A stretch of DNA of 63,480 nucleotides, filler included, from an uncultured Methanosarcinales archaeon (GTDB lineage: Archaea > Nanobdellota > Nanobdellia > Woesearchaeales > CAZKBD01): assembly GCA_964550945.1 (NCBI GenBank). It is 6 parts of 6 records of this genome, joined end to end, with 100 filler letters (N's around TTAATTAATTAA, not from the genome) between each part and the next. Parts side by side here need not be neighbours in the genome. Positions count along the whole stretch, not along the records: positions 45,004 to 55,993 come from CAZKBD010000064.1; positions 56,094 to 63,480 come from CAZKBD010000083.1; 4 more parts are not named here. The stretch is one strand, 5' to 3'. The notes under the pieces are model-generated. The model did not search any database and was not told the DNA's origin. It saw only the letters and a list, made by a program, of their open reading frames with translations. Numbering within the stretch: the stretch's first letter is position 1; the number at the start of each line of letters is the position of its first letter. The position numbers were made by a program, and so were the translations under genes. This document shows positions 49,010 to 58,005 of this stretch, in pieces.

Positions 49010-49352
49010 TCAAGAACCGCCCCACTAAAGTAGGGGGCGTGTTCTTGAGCACACTCAGAAACCACCCTCTTACCTTGAGCTGAAGCAAAGGGATTGCGAG
49101 TGGCGGTTTCTGATGTTTCAAAAAACCAAAAGATTTACAAATGTCAGAAACTTTCCACTAGTCTTTGACTACTGGTTTAAAGCCAATCTCCTTTGTGATG
49201 GGGAAAGTTTCTGAGCATGCTCAAAAACCGCCCATTCATCAAAAGCAGATTGACGCTGATGATTCATACTACCCCTCTCTGATGTGTCGGAAATCGAAGA
49301 GTTCTGAGCACATTGAAAACCAGAGCTGTTTTCAATGGGCGGTTTTTGACAT
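49010..49352. repeat. REP/BIME-like array of hairpins
   Basis: Four consecutive inverted repeats with TCA(R)(R)AAC...GTT(Y)(Y)TGA ends, joined in pairs by GCACAC and GCATGC. Confidence 0.75.
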
Positions 49353-49373
49353 ATCTGGATATTGCTTATTTAC

Positions 49374-49511
49374 ATGAAGAAGATAAAACTAAACAAGAGT
49401 GCAGAAAAGAAGCTCCACGATTTACTTATGGACACAAGCAATTGCGTACCTATTGAAGAAGCACTAGGAAGAGCCAAACTGAAGTATAAGAATCAATTAC
49501 TTAAATTCTGA
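49374..49511 (+). CDS. small hypothetical protein (possible antitoxin remnant)
   Basis: MKKIKLNKSAEKKLHDLLMDTSNCVPIEEALGRAKLKYKNQLLKF*. Confidence 0.3.
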   Translation: MKKIKLNKSAEKKLHDLLMDTSNCVPIEEALGRAKLKYKNQLLKF

Positions 49512-49559
49512 AAACATAATGAAAATCTTTATATACCACGCAATTATTATGGACATAAA

Positions 49560-50834
49560 ATGGAAGTGAATATTGGATTGATCGGGCTTGGAACAATCGG
49601 CTCTGGAGTAGTTAGCATTCTAAAAAAGAACTCCAGCCTTATAGAGAAAAGGTCAGGGATTAGGATAAACCTAAAAAAAGCCTGCGATCGTGACGAAAAG
49701 GCATTTAGCAAGCTAAAATTAGATAAAAAGGTTTACACAAAAAACGCAGACGATGTGCTTAATGATCCTGACATCAGCATTGTGATAGAGCTTATTGGCG
49801 GCTATGAGCCTGCTAGAACATTTATACTAAAGGCATTAAAAAATGGAAAAAGTGTTGTAACAGCTAACAAAGCAGTTATTGCCAAATATGGCCCAGAATT
49901 GTTTAATGCAGCAAAGGAAAACAACGCCAATATAATGTTTGAGGCTGCTGTTGGCGGCTGTATCCCTATAATAAGGTCATTGCAAAGAAGCTATGTCTCT
50001 GAAAACTTCAAGTCTATATACGGCATACTTAACGGAACAACCAACTACATACTGACAAAATTAAATGAAGGCCTGTCCTATAAGGAAGCGCTGGAGCAAG
50101 CCCAAAAGCTGGGTTTTGCAGAGGCTGATCCAAGCTTTGATGTTGAAGGAAAGGATACAGCTCAGAAATTGATAATCTTATCTTCGTTAGCTTTCAATTC
50201 AAAGATTAAGGATGAAATCTATACAGAAGGCATAACAAAATTAGAAAAAACTGACATAAAATATGCCTCAGAGCTAGGCTATGTTGTGAAATTGCTGGCA
50301 ATGGCTAAAATTGTGGATAATAAGCTGGAGCTAAAAGTACACCCGACAATGATACCAAAAAGCCATGGCTTGGCTTCTGTCAACAATGAATTGAATGCTG
50401 TTTATGTTGTAGGCGATAATATCAGCGAGGTTATGCTTTATGGCAGGGGCGCAGGCCAGCTGCCGACTGCAACAGTCATACTTGGAGATGTTGTATCCAT
50501 TGCAAGAAGGTTAGAGAATAAGGTAGTTATCGAGCCGCTGAACTATTTTAATGATATTCCTGTAAAAAAGATTGATGACACATTATCAAGGTATTATCTG
50601 AGGTATTATGCTGCTAATAAGCCAGGCGTATTGGCAAAGATAGCGCATATTCTTGGAAAAAATAACATCAGCATCTCTGGCGTATGGCAAAAAGAGGAAA
50701 ACAAGGATGTTGTTCCATTAATAATGACTGTCCATAAAGCCATGGAAAAAGACATGAAAAATGCGATTGATGAGATAAACAAGCTTGACGTGATTAAAGG
50801 CAAGACTGTCATGATCAGGATAGAAGATTTGTAG
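49560..50834 (+). CDS. hom: homoserine dehydrogenase with C-terminal ACT domain
   Basis: GLGTIG, VVTANKA, FEAAVGGCIP, GILNGTTNYIL, GFAEADP..DVEG.D...K, NKPGVLA. Confidence 0.96.
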   Translation: MEVNIGLIGLGTIGSGVVSILKKNSSLIEKRSGIRINLKKACDRDEKAFSKLKLDKKVYTKNADDVLNDPDISIVIELIGGYEPARTFILKALKNGKSVVTANKAVIAKYGPELFNAAKENNANIMFEAAVGGCIPIIRSLQRSYVSENFKSIYGILNGTTNYILTKLNEGLSYKEALEQAQKLGFAEADPSFDVEGKDTAQKLIILSSLAFNSKIKDEIYTEGITKLEKTDIKYASELGYVVKLLAMAKIVDNKLELKVHPTMIPKSHGLASVNNELNAVYVVGDNISEVMLYGRGAGQLPTATVILGDVVSIARRLENKVVIEPLNYFNDIPVKKIDDTLSRYYLRYYAANKPGVLAKIAHILGKNNISISGVWQKEENKDVVPLIMTVHKAMEKDMKNAIDEINKLDVIKGKTVMIRIEDL

Positions 50835-50842
50835 CTTATTCT

Positions 50843-51226
50843 ATGAAAAAATTAACTTTAAAGCAGATAAAAAACAAGATCAAAAAAACAAAGTTTGAGA
50901 AATTTGATTTGATTATTGCAATAGGAAGAGGAGGAGTTGAGCCAGGCAGGTTAGTTTCAGCTCATTTGAAGATACCTCTAAAAATAATAAACATCAGGTA
51001 TCGCGGCAAAGATAACAATCCATTATACAAAAAACCAATAATAAAAAACAAATTAAGGATTAACAATAAAAAAATACTTGTTGTGGATGATGTTTCAAGG
51101 ACAGGAGCAACATTAAAAAAAGCAAAACAAATCCTAAAAAACAACAAGGCAAAAACATTTGTTATAAACGGAAAAGCTGACTATTCCCTATACAGCTTCA
51201 AAGAATGCATCAAATGGCCTTGGTAA
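50843..51226 (+). CDS. type I phosphoribosyltransferase
   Basis: AIGRGG, ILVVDDVSRTGATL. Confidence 0.85.
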   Translation: MKKLTLKQIKNKIKKTKFEKFDLIIAIGRGGVEPGRLVSAHLKIPLKIINIRYRGKDNNPLYKKPIIKNKLRINNKKILVVDDVSRTGATLKKAKQILKNNKAKTFVINGKADYSLYSFKECIKWPW

Positions 51227-51275
51227 ACAACTAGGATGGATACTCTTTAAATAAGCGTACAAAGTCTCCTATAGC

Positions 51276-51497
51276 ATGAGAATGTTATTTGTGCTTAAGA
51301 ATTACATCCTCATATTGGAGAGGTTGAATTTGGCAAACAAGGTTGTTTGTTTAAACTATGGGGACCAGGTATATCACAAAAAATACAATCAAACAAAGCT
51401 AAAAAGATTCAGTATCAATGAGAACGTAACTGCTTACTTAAGATCTTATAAAAGATTAAGGCAGAAATCATTTTTCAAGCCTGGCCTAGATATCTAG
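51276..51497 (+). CDS. hypothetical protein
   Basis: 73-aa ORF with TTTAAATA ~22 nt upstream. Confidence 0.35.
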   Translation: MRMLFVLKNYILILERLNLANKVVCLNYGDQVYHKKYNQTKLKRFSINENVTAYLRSYKRLRQKSFFKPGLDI

Positions 51498-51499
51498 TT

Positions 51500-52141
51500 T
51501 CAATTCCCTGATCCATGATGCTTTTCAAATGTAACCCACCTATGTGCGATCTTATTTTCGAGAGTATTGTAAATCCTTCCGCGGCAATACCTGTAAGCCA
51601 TTGAAACATAAGAGTTAGCGACAAATAAAGCTAAATCTAACGTAGCTAAACCCAGGATAGTTTTATGATCCATACCAGTTTCGTAATTAACGCCAGTTAA
51701 GTAAATGCTCATTGCGACTCCCATTAAAGAACCAACAGCACATACAGTACTAATCGTTTCAACACATCTAGTCATACATTCATATGCTATTAACCCACAA
51801 AAAGAACGATCCCATAATAAATCAGTACTATAATATCCCGGTTTGGGTGATCCGGTTGTTTTTACAAGTCTTTTTCTGCGCGAACTTACACATGCTTTTT
51901 GGAGCTTTCTGACACCAAGCATTTCATAAACTGTTCCTTCTCTTTCAAATCTTCTTGGCTTAAAATACCCATTAGTGGCTTGTCTTAACAAAGCGGCTCT
52001 TATTGGCACACCCCTACGGTAACTCATGTTGATTGTCGCATCTAAAGTGGCAGAAGCATATGCCCTACTTTCTTTGAGCGTGGTATCACTAATTATCTTT
52101 GGCCGCCCACTCTCCTCAGATAGATTATCTTCCAATCCCAT
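51500..52141 (-). CDS. hypothetical membrane protein (ORFan)
   Basis: 213 aa, two TM segments, GGTGA RBS. Confidence 0.6.
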   Translation of the reverse strand: MGLEDNLSEESGRPKIISDTTLKESRAYASATLDATINMSYRRGVPIRAALLRQATNGYFKPRRFEREGTVYEMLGVRKLQKACVSSRRKRLVKTTGSPKPGYYSTDLLWDRSFCGLIAYECMTRCVETISTVCAVGSLMGVAMSIYLTGVNYETGMDHKTILGLATLDLALFVANSYVSMAYRYCRGRIYNTLENKIAHRWVTFEKHHGSGN

Positions 52142-52168
52142 TATGAACTCACCTAATTATCCACATTG

Positions 52169-52891
52169 TTATCTAGGATACCTTATACAGCTCTCTCCTC
52201 TAATTAAAGGTGTGCTATTGCCAGCTCCAACACCTAAGCCTACAATAAACATAAAAGCACTCAAACCGTATGCACTATCCGGAGGAGTGGACATATCATT
52301 TAAGCAATATAAGCTTGCTAATGTTAATGCTGAAGAAACTACTCCTGTAGCTAACGCCCTAACATAATTCATTGAGATCCTATGATTGTTCGCTACTCGA
52401 ATGCCATCAAAATCCCGTTTTGGATTGCTTGTCTTTAACTTGCCTATTGCCTTATCTAATACTGCCTCAAGATGGGAATAAGTTGTATTGTTGGTTTCAT
52501 TATCTCCATTTAATGATCTAGCAATTGATCCTCCAATATGGGGAAACACATATCTGGTAACTGATTCAAGAGATTCTTGGTCTCCACGAAAGACAGATGT
52601 CTCATATGAATCAGAATAACTGAGATTTATTGCTAGTAGATAATCAAGTGCTCCTTTTGATCCTGTTTCTCCAAGTGCTTCAATAGCAATTAGCTGTCCA
52701 GTCAAGCTGCTTCTGGGTATGCCCAAAATTATGCCTCCTTCAGCTTGTCTGATCAATTTTTTAACCGCTTTTTTTGTGCTTGTTTTAGCTAGTCTTATGG
52801 CTGCCTCTCTTCTCTTTTTTGATCTAGCACCATTAAAAATATAGTTATCCCTGGGGATATCATTATTCATAAGTTCAGGATTTATTGTCAA
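52169..52891 (-). CDS. hypothetical membrane protein with a HEAT-like segment
   Basis: AIEALGETGSKGALDYL; two C-terminal TM segments; start uncertain (TTG 52891 or ATG 52870). Confidence 0.55.
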   Translation of the reverse strand: MTINPELMNNDIPRDNYIFNGARSKKRREAAIRLAKTSTKKAVKKLIRQAEGGIILGIPRSSLTGQLIAIEALGETGSKGALDYLLAINLSYSDSYETSVFRGDQESLESVTRYVFPHIGGSIARSLNGDNETNNTTYSHLEAVLDKAIGKLKTSNPKRDFDGIRVANNHRISMNYVRALATGVVSSALTLASLYCLNDMSTPPDSAYGLSAFMFIVGLGVGAGNSTPLIRGESCIRYPR

Positions 52892-52951
52892 TTATATAAA
52901 ATTTTTGTAAAAATACAGACGAAAAAGTGTCCCATGTTAGATACGAAAATT

Positions 52952-54280
52952 CTAAACACCAAAAAACTCTTTATGAAGCACTTTAACAGCTTCATCCGCA
53001 TCTTTATCATCAACAACAAAGCTGATATTTATCTCAGAAGCTCCTTGTGATATCATCTCTATATTAACCTTGCCTTTTCCTAATGCTGTGAATGTTCTTC
53101 CGGCAATGCCAGGCACATGGAACATGCCAGCGCCAACAACTGAAACTATCGCCTTGTCCCTTTCAAGGTTAACATCAGCTATCTCTTTTAGCTCTTTCAT
53201 TATCCTTTCCATATTGTCTTCTTTGTCAAGAGTCAATGAAACATTAACCTCAGATGTTGATATCATATCTACACTTTGCCTGTATTCATCCAGTATATCA
53301 AACACTCTTGCTAAAAAGCCATGCGCTCCAAGCATCCTGGTGGAGTTTATGCTAACTAGCAGATTGTGCTTCTTGCACGCGATAGCCTTCACAACAGTGC
53401 TTGTTTTGCTCATTTCCTTTAGGATTATTGTTCCTTTTCCCTTTGGGTTATAGGTGTTTAGGACACTAACAGGGATATTCTTCCTCATTGCAGGCAGGAT
53501 TGTCTTTGGGTGCAGCACTTTAGCCCCAAAAAATGCCAATTCAGAGCTTTCTTCAAAGCTGATTTGGGGAATTGTCTTTGCTTCTTTCACAACCTTTGGA
53601 TCTGCAGTCATTATTCCGTCAACATCAGTCCATATCTGTATATCTTCTACTTTCAGGGCTGCTCCTATTATTGCAGCAGTATAATCAGAGCCGCCTCTTC
53701 CTAATGTTGTTACAATCCCGTTCTGGTTTTTGCCGATAAACCCGGTTATAACGGGCACGAATTTTAAATTAGATAATTTTTGCCTTATCATCAGCTCTGA
53801 TTCATCAATCGGCTCTGCTTTTCCAAAATCACTATTTGTGATCATGCCAATATCCCATGCATCAAAAGCTTCTGCTTTAATTCCCATGTTGTTTAACTCA
53901 GCAGCTACAATCCTGCAGCTGATTCTTTCTCCGAAAGACTGGACCAGATCCATAATAACAACATCAGCTGCTTTTGCAACACTTATCTTTTTTATTGTCT
54001 CCTCAAACTCGAACAATAGCCCTGAAACCAGCTCTTTATCAAATTTCAGCTTTTCAATGATCCCAAAATGCCTGCTCTTGATATTCTCAACAACATCCTC
54101 AAAATTATCTCCTTTGGCAGCTTTTGAAGCAGCATCTATAAGCATATCTGTTATGCCGCCGCAAGCAGAGCAGACAACAACTGGTTTTTTATCTAGATTA
54201 AGCTCGATTATATCGCAAACATTCCTTATTCGCTCATCATCCTTCACAGAGCTGCCGCCAAACTTCATCACAATTGCCAT
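52952..54280 (-). CDS. lysC: aspartate kinase
   Basis: KFGGSSV, TLGRGGSDYTA, WTDVDG..TADP, GAKVLHP, two ACT domains. Confidence 0.96.
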   Translation of the reverse strand: MAIVMKFGGSSVKDDERIRNVCDIIELNLDKKPVVVCSACGGITDMLIDAASKAAKGDNFEDVVENIKSRHFGIIEKLKFDKELVSGLLFEFEETIKKISVAKAADVVIMDLVQSFGERISCRIVAAELNNMGIKAEAFDAWDIGMITNSDFGKAEPIDESELMIRQKLSNLKFVPVITGFIGKNQNGIVTTLGRGGSDYTAAIIGAALKVEDIQIWTDVDGIMTADPKVVKEAKTIPQISFEESSELAFFGAKVLHPKTILPAMRKNIPVSVLNTYNPKGKGTIILKEMSKTSTVVKAIACKKHNLLVSINSTRMLGAHGFLARVFDILDEYRQSVDMISTSEVNVSLTLDKEDNMERIMKELKEIADVNLERDKAIVSVVGAGMFHVPGIAGRTFTALGKGKVNIEMISQGASEINISFVVDDKDADEAVKVLHKEFFGV

Positions 54281-54333
54281 TTTATAGTTCGGTTAGAGAG
54301 AATATTTAAAAAGTTTTTGTTATTTTAGTAACA

Positions 54334-55902
54334 TTACACGCCGTCTAATAGCTTGATAACCCTTTCTTTCCCCAAAGCCAGTATAAAAGGCGCTAATTTT
54401 GGCCCTTTTTCCTTGCTAATCAGGACTGTATAAGCTAATTTGAAGAAATCTTTATTATCGATCTCCTTTTCTTTGCAGATAGCATAAAACTCCTGGAATA
54501 AATTTTCCTCATTGTAATCCTTTTCTTTTAATCTGTTTTTTAGTGACTCTATCACTTCTTTTTCTTTATCGCTTAATTCCAATCTTTTAACATCTTCTTC
54601 TTTGTTGACTTTAAATTTAAAATCATCTGTAGCATACTTCTCTAGCCAGTTCTTGGCTCTTATTGATCTCTCTTTTAATTTCTCAATATCTTTCTTATTT
54701 TTTAATTTGTAATGCTCCTTTATCTGCTCAAGATCATTCTCAAAAATCTGCACAATATTGGTCAAATGCCTGAAACTTGGCTGGTAAGGCAGCTTTTTTG
54801 GTATCTCTACACAGCTTAATTCATAAATCCTTTTTAGTTTGGTGTATTTCTCTTCATTTACCTCTTCTTCCTTGAAGTAAACCCTTTCCAGCCTGTCAAA
54901 ATCCTCGTAATTCTTTAAAGTGTCCAGGTCAAAAGAGATGAAAAATTCTGTGTTTGGCCTTGTGCCTGCAAACAGGTATCTTATCATCTCAGGCTCATAA
55001 ATGTCCAGAGCATCTTTCAAAGTGATGACATTGCCTAAAGAGCTGGACATCTTGCCACCCTGCCCTTTTATAATTATGAAGTCATATGGCTGGTAGACAG
55101 GAGATTCTTCATTATATACCTCTTTGATTATCTCTCTGGCTGTTGTCAATGATCCTCCTGGAGTGCTATGCTCTTTTCCTCCTGGCTCAAAATCCACCTT
55201 TTCAAAATGCCATCTCATACTCCAATCGATTCTCCAGCGCAACTTTACAATGCCCTCTTTCTCAAAGTTGATCGTATCTTTATAACCACATCCACATTTG
55301 TAAGAAAGATTATAATCACCAAGATAATTTATGTCATCAGTAACCTGCTTGTTACATTTTTTACAATAAACAACTATTGGGAGCCAATTATCAGATAACT
55401 TTTCTTTCCTGTATTTATTTAAAATACTCCTAATTTGAGGTGTTTTTTCTAAAGCTGTTTTGATTTCTTTAGCATATTCACACGTCTTGTATCTCTTGTT
55501 TTGATAAATAAATTCAGGTTTGATACCTACTATAGGCAATACTTCCTCTACTTCTTTCTCATTATGTTCTGCATAACTTTTGTGGCAGCCATGGGTGTCA
55601 GGCACATCTGATATGGGGGTTCCAAGATAGTTTTTTAACAAATCCTGGTTGGGCATATTCTTTGGTACTTTCCTAAGGACATCATAATCATCCCAACTAT
55701 AAATGAATCTTGCTCTTTTGTCTGCACTTTCTAAAGCTCTACGCACCAAATCAACAGTTATTATCTCCCTAAAATTACCTATATGCACTGTTCCACTGGG
55801 TGATATGCCTGCGGCTATTGTATAGGAATCCTTGGATCCTTTCTCGTTTATAATCTTCTTGGCTATGTTATCAGCCCAGTGCGAAATCTCTTTCTCTGCC
55901 AT
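54334..55902 (-). CDS. lysS: class I lysyl-tRNA synthetase
   Basis: HWAD, PSGTVHIGN.RE, WRIDW.MRW, GKEH, KMSSS.GN. Confidence 0.97.
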   Translation of the reverse strand: MAEKEISHWADNIAKKIINEKGSKDSYTIAAGISPSGTVHIGNFREIITVDLVRRALESADKRARFIYSWDDYDVLRKVPKNMPNQDLLKNYLGTPISDVPDTHGCHKSYAEHNEKEVEEVLPIVGIKPEFIYQNKRYKTCEYAKEIKTALEKTPQIRSILNKYRKEKLSDNWLPIVVYCKKCNKQVTDDINYLGDYNLSYKCGCGYKDTINFEKEGIVKLRWRIDWSMRWHFEKVDFEPGGKEHSTPGGSLTTAREIIKEVYNEESPVYQPYDFIIIKGQGGKMSSSLGNVITLKDALDIYEPEMIRYLFAGTRPNTEFFISFDLDTLKNYEDFDRLERVYFKEEEVNEEKYTKLKRIYELSCVEIPKKLPYQPSFRHLTNIVQIFENDLEQIKEHYKLKNKKDIEKLKERSIRAKNWLEKYATDDFKFKVNKEEDVKRLELSDKEKEVIESLKNRLKEKDYNEENLFQEFYAICKEKEIDNKDFFKLAYTVLISKEKGPKLAPFILALGKERVIKLLDGV

Positions 55903-55993
55903 ATTCTCTTGTTAAAAGGGAAGCTTTTATAAATTTTCCTAAAAACAGACATTGTCATCTTAGTGAATGATGCGTATTCTTAGCATATTTTTT

Positions 55994-56093
55994 NNNNNNN
56001 NNNNNNNNNNNNNNNNNNNNNNNNNNNNNNNNNNNNNTTAATTAATTAANNNNNNNNNNNNNNNNNNNNNNNNNNNNNNNNNNNNNNNNNNNN
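55994..56093. other. artificial contig spacer
   Basis: N44-TTAATTAATTAA-N44. Confidence 0.98.
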
Positions 56094-56147
56094 AATATAC
56101 ATCAAAAATCAGGGGGTGCTTACAGAGGAGAAACGCAAAAGTTTACG
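56094..56147 (+). repeat. 54-bp repeat at the contig start; exact reverse complement of 63168..63221
   Basis: AATATACATCAAAAATCAGGGGGTGCTTACAGAGGAGAAACGCAAAAGTTTACG. Confidence 0.95.
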
Positions 56148-56169
56148 GTTTTTTGAGAAGAAAAGAGAT

Positions 56170-56403
56170 TTATTTGACGAGTTCTTTTTCTATGTATTTT
56201 TCAACCAAAGCAGACATATTCAATGAATTTTTTTTGCAGTAATTCCTGAATTTTATGAATAGCTCTTCATCTATTGTAAAATTCACCCTTTTTTTGTATG
56301 TCCTTTTTTTGAATTTGCCTGTTCTGTCCAGCTCTTCAAGTACAGTCAGCATATCCTGGTTTTCTTTTATTACTTTTTTTGCTTTATCATAAAATGAAGG
56401 CAT
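56170..56403 (-). CDS. RHH/CopG-like putative antitoxin
   Basis: KRVNFTIDEEL...FR.YC.....NMS.LVE..I; overlaps the Fic gene. Confidence 0.7.
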   Translation of the reverse strand: MPSFYDKAKKVIKENQDMLTVLEELDRTGKFKKRTYKKRVNFTIDEELFIKFRNYCKKNSLNMSALVEKYIEKELVK

Positions 56404-56731
56404 TTTTTACCATCCTCTGTATTTTGTTTATATCTGCTACATTTTTCTTCGCAATATCCCATATTAGTTTTATAAGCGCATCTTTATCAAATTTTATATC
56501 CTCATCCTCAAAATAGGTTATTGTGATAACCAAGGCTGTCCTTTTATTTCCATCCCGAAAGCAATGATCCACTAAAAGGCTTCTTATCAGGTAGCTCAAC
56601 TCGTAGAGCCAGCTTTTTTTGTGTTTTATAGTGTGCAAAGCGAATTCTAAGCTGGATTCATTTTGAAATTCTCCTGACTCGCCAATTTCCTGGTTAATCC
56701 TGATGATGTCTTTTTTGTTGATGTATAGCAT
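56387..56731 (-). CDS. Fic/Doc family toxin
   Basis: HCFRDGNKRTA (Doc-type motif). Confidence 0.88.
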   Translation of the reverse strand: MLYINKKDIIRINQEIGESGEFQNESSLEFALHTIKHKKSWLYELSYLIRSLLVDHCFRDGNKRTALVITITYFEDEDIKFDKDALIKLIWDIAKKNVADINKIQRMVKNAFIL

Positions 56732-56844
56732 TTTTGTACTTATTTATACACACTAATAAGTATAATGTATATATAAACCTTTCGGTTTTTTGAGAGGAAA
56801 CGCAATGGTTTTTGATAAGATAGAACAAACAAGAAAAAGACTGA

Positions 56845-57552
56845 TTATTTTTTCTTTTCTTTTTTGTATGTTGCTTCGTGGGTTTCTGGCTGTAGCGGAT
56901 TGTATTGCCTAGGCATACTACCCACCCATTGACTGAAAGGCTCATAAATATCCTGAACTGAGGCAATTTTTTTAGGTACTGCTGCTCCTTTGTAAGTCTC
57001 TGGATTGTGCTTTTTAACCATAGCCATATACTTTAAAGCATTTTGAGCATCTTCTGTAGTTCTAATAGTTTTATGCATGCGTTGGCTTTGTCTAACACCT
57101 ACATGGTGGCTATAAATAGGTTTTACCAATTGGTCATAAAGACTATGGGGATTTATCTCTTCAAGATTAGCAACCTGGTCTTGGAATGCATCCCTATCTA
57201 CACCTATATATGACCTCATAAAGGTTTCCCACATATTATTTCCGTCTTGGTCCTTTTGTTTCTTTAGCTTATCAATATCTTTCTTATCCATCCCCAGATA
57301 CGTCTGTGCAATATGGTCTGCTGATTTGTCCCACAAATTTCCAGCAAACGTTCTAGCCTCTTCATCACTCTTGAATTTTAAGTGACCTTTTTCTTTATCA
57401 CTATTTTTCATATAATAAGTCTGGACCTCTGAATTAACCAAATCATGAAGAGTTTTTGCAGAAGTTGATTCAGGAATTTTTCTTAGCTCTTCGCCAAGTT
57501 TGTAGAATTGATCAATCACTTTTTCGTCAAGATCGGTTTTGGGTTTAGCCAT
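56845..57552 (-). CDS. hypothetical protein
   Basis: 235 aa; GGTGA RBS and GAAAGGTTTATAT promoter upstream. Confidence 0.7.
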   Translation of the reverse strand: MAKPKTDLDEKVIDQFYKLGEELRKIPESTSAKTLHDLVNSEVQTYYMKNSDKEKGHLKFKSDEEARTFAGNLWDKSADHIAQTYLGMDKKDIDKLKKQKDQDGNNMWETFMRSYIGVDRDAFQDQVANLEEINPHSLYDQLVKPIYSHHVGVRQSQRMHKTIRTTEDAQNALKYMAMVKKHNPETYKGAAVPKKIASVQDIYEPFSQWVGSMPRQYNPLQPETHEATYKKEKKK

Positions 57553-57679
57553 TAATCATCACCTATAATTGTTATTTTATTATTACTTATTCTAATTATT
57601 TGATTTATATTTGCCCTAATATAAACCTTTCGGTTTTTACTATGCTGGAATAGAGATACAAGAGGGTAATCTACTAGGT

Positions 57680-57923
57680 GTTGTTCACTTTGGAGAGTAG
57701 CTGGTAATAATTTATTATTTTTATTACTATTTATTCATAAATTGTTTATACTCTAAGATTCAAAATATGTTTTTAACCTTTGATTTTAACTGCAGTGGTT
57801 AATAATCAACCATTGATTTTAAAATTACAGAATATTTGATTTATTTTAAAATTGTTTTTTATCTTTTAACTTTAATTTTTTATTGACAATCTTTTTAATT
57901 TTTTATTATTAACTGAAAATCAC
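57680..57923. repeat. AT-rich dispersed ~240-bp element, copy C
   Basis: TTGTTCACTTTGGAGAGTAGCTGGTAAT, GTGGTTAATAATCAACCATTGATTTTAAAATTA, TTATTATTAACTGAAAATCAC. Confidence 0.8.
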
Positions 57924-57965
57924 GATTGCACATACTTTGTAGGTTTATGTTGAAATTGATTAATC

Positions 57966-57981
57966 AAAAGGTTTATAAATA
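57966..57981 (+). promoter_or_regulatory. BRE-TATA promoter
   Basis: AAAAGGTTTATAAATA ~25 nt before ATG 58006. Confidence 0.6.
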
Positions 57982-58005
57982 ATATAGCAACTATGTCACT
58001 GTAAG

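Noticed and set aside
49010..49352. CRISPR array
   Set aside because: The units are inverted repeats of variable length, not identical direct repeats with spacers; no cas genes in the window
48933..49377. ORFs 48933..49121 and 49165..49377
   Set aside because: They overlap the hairpin array and have no protein-like features
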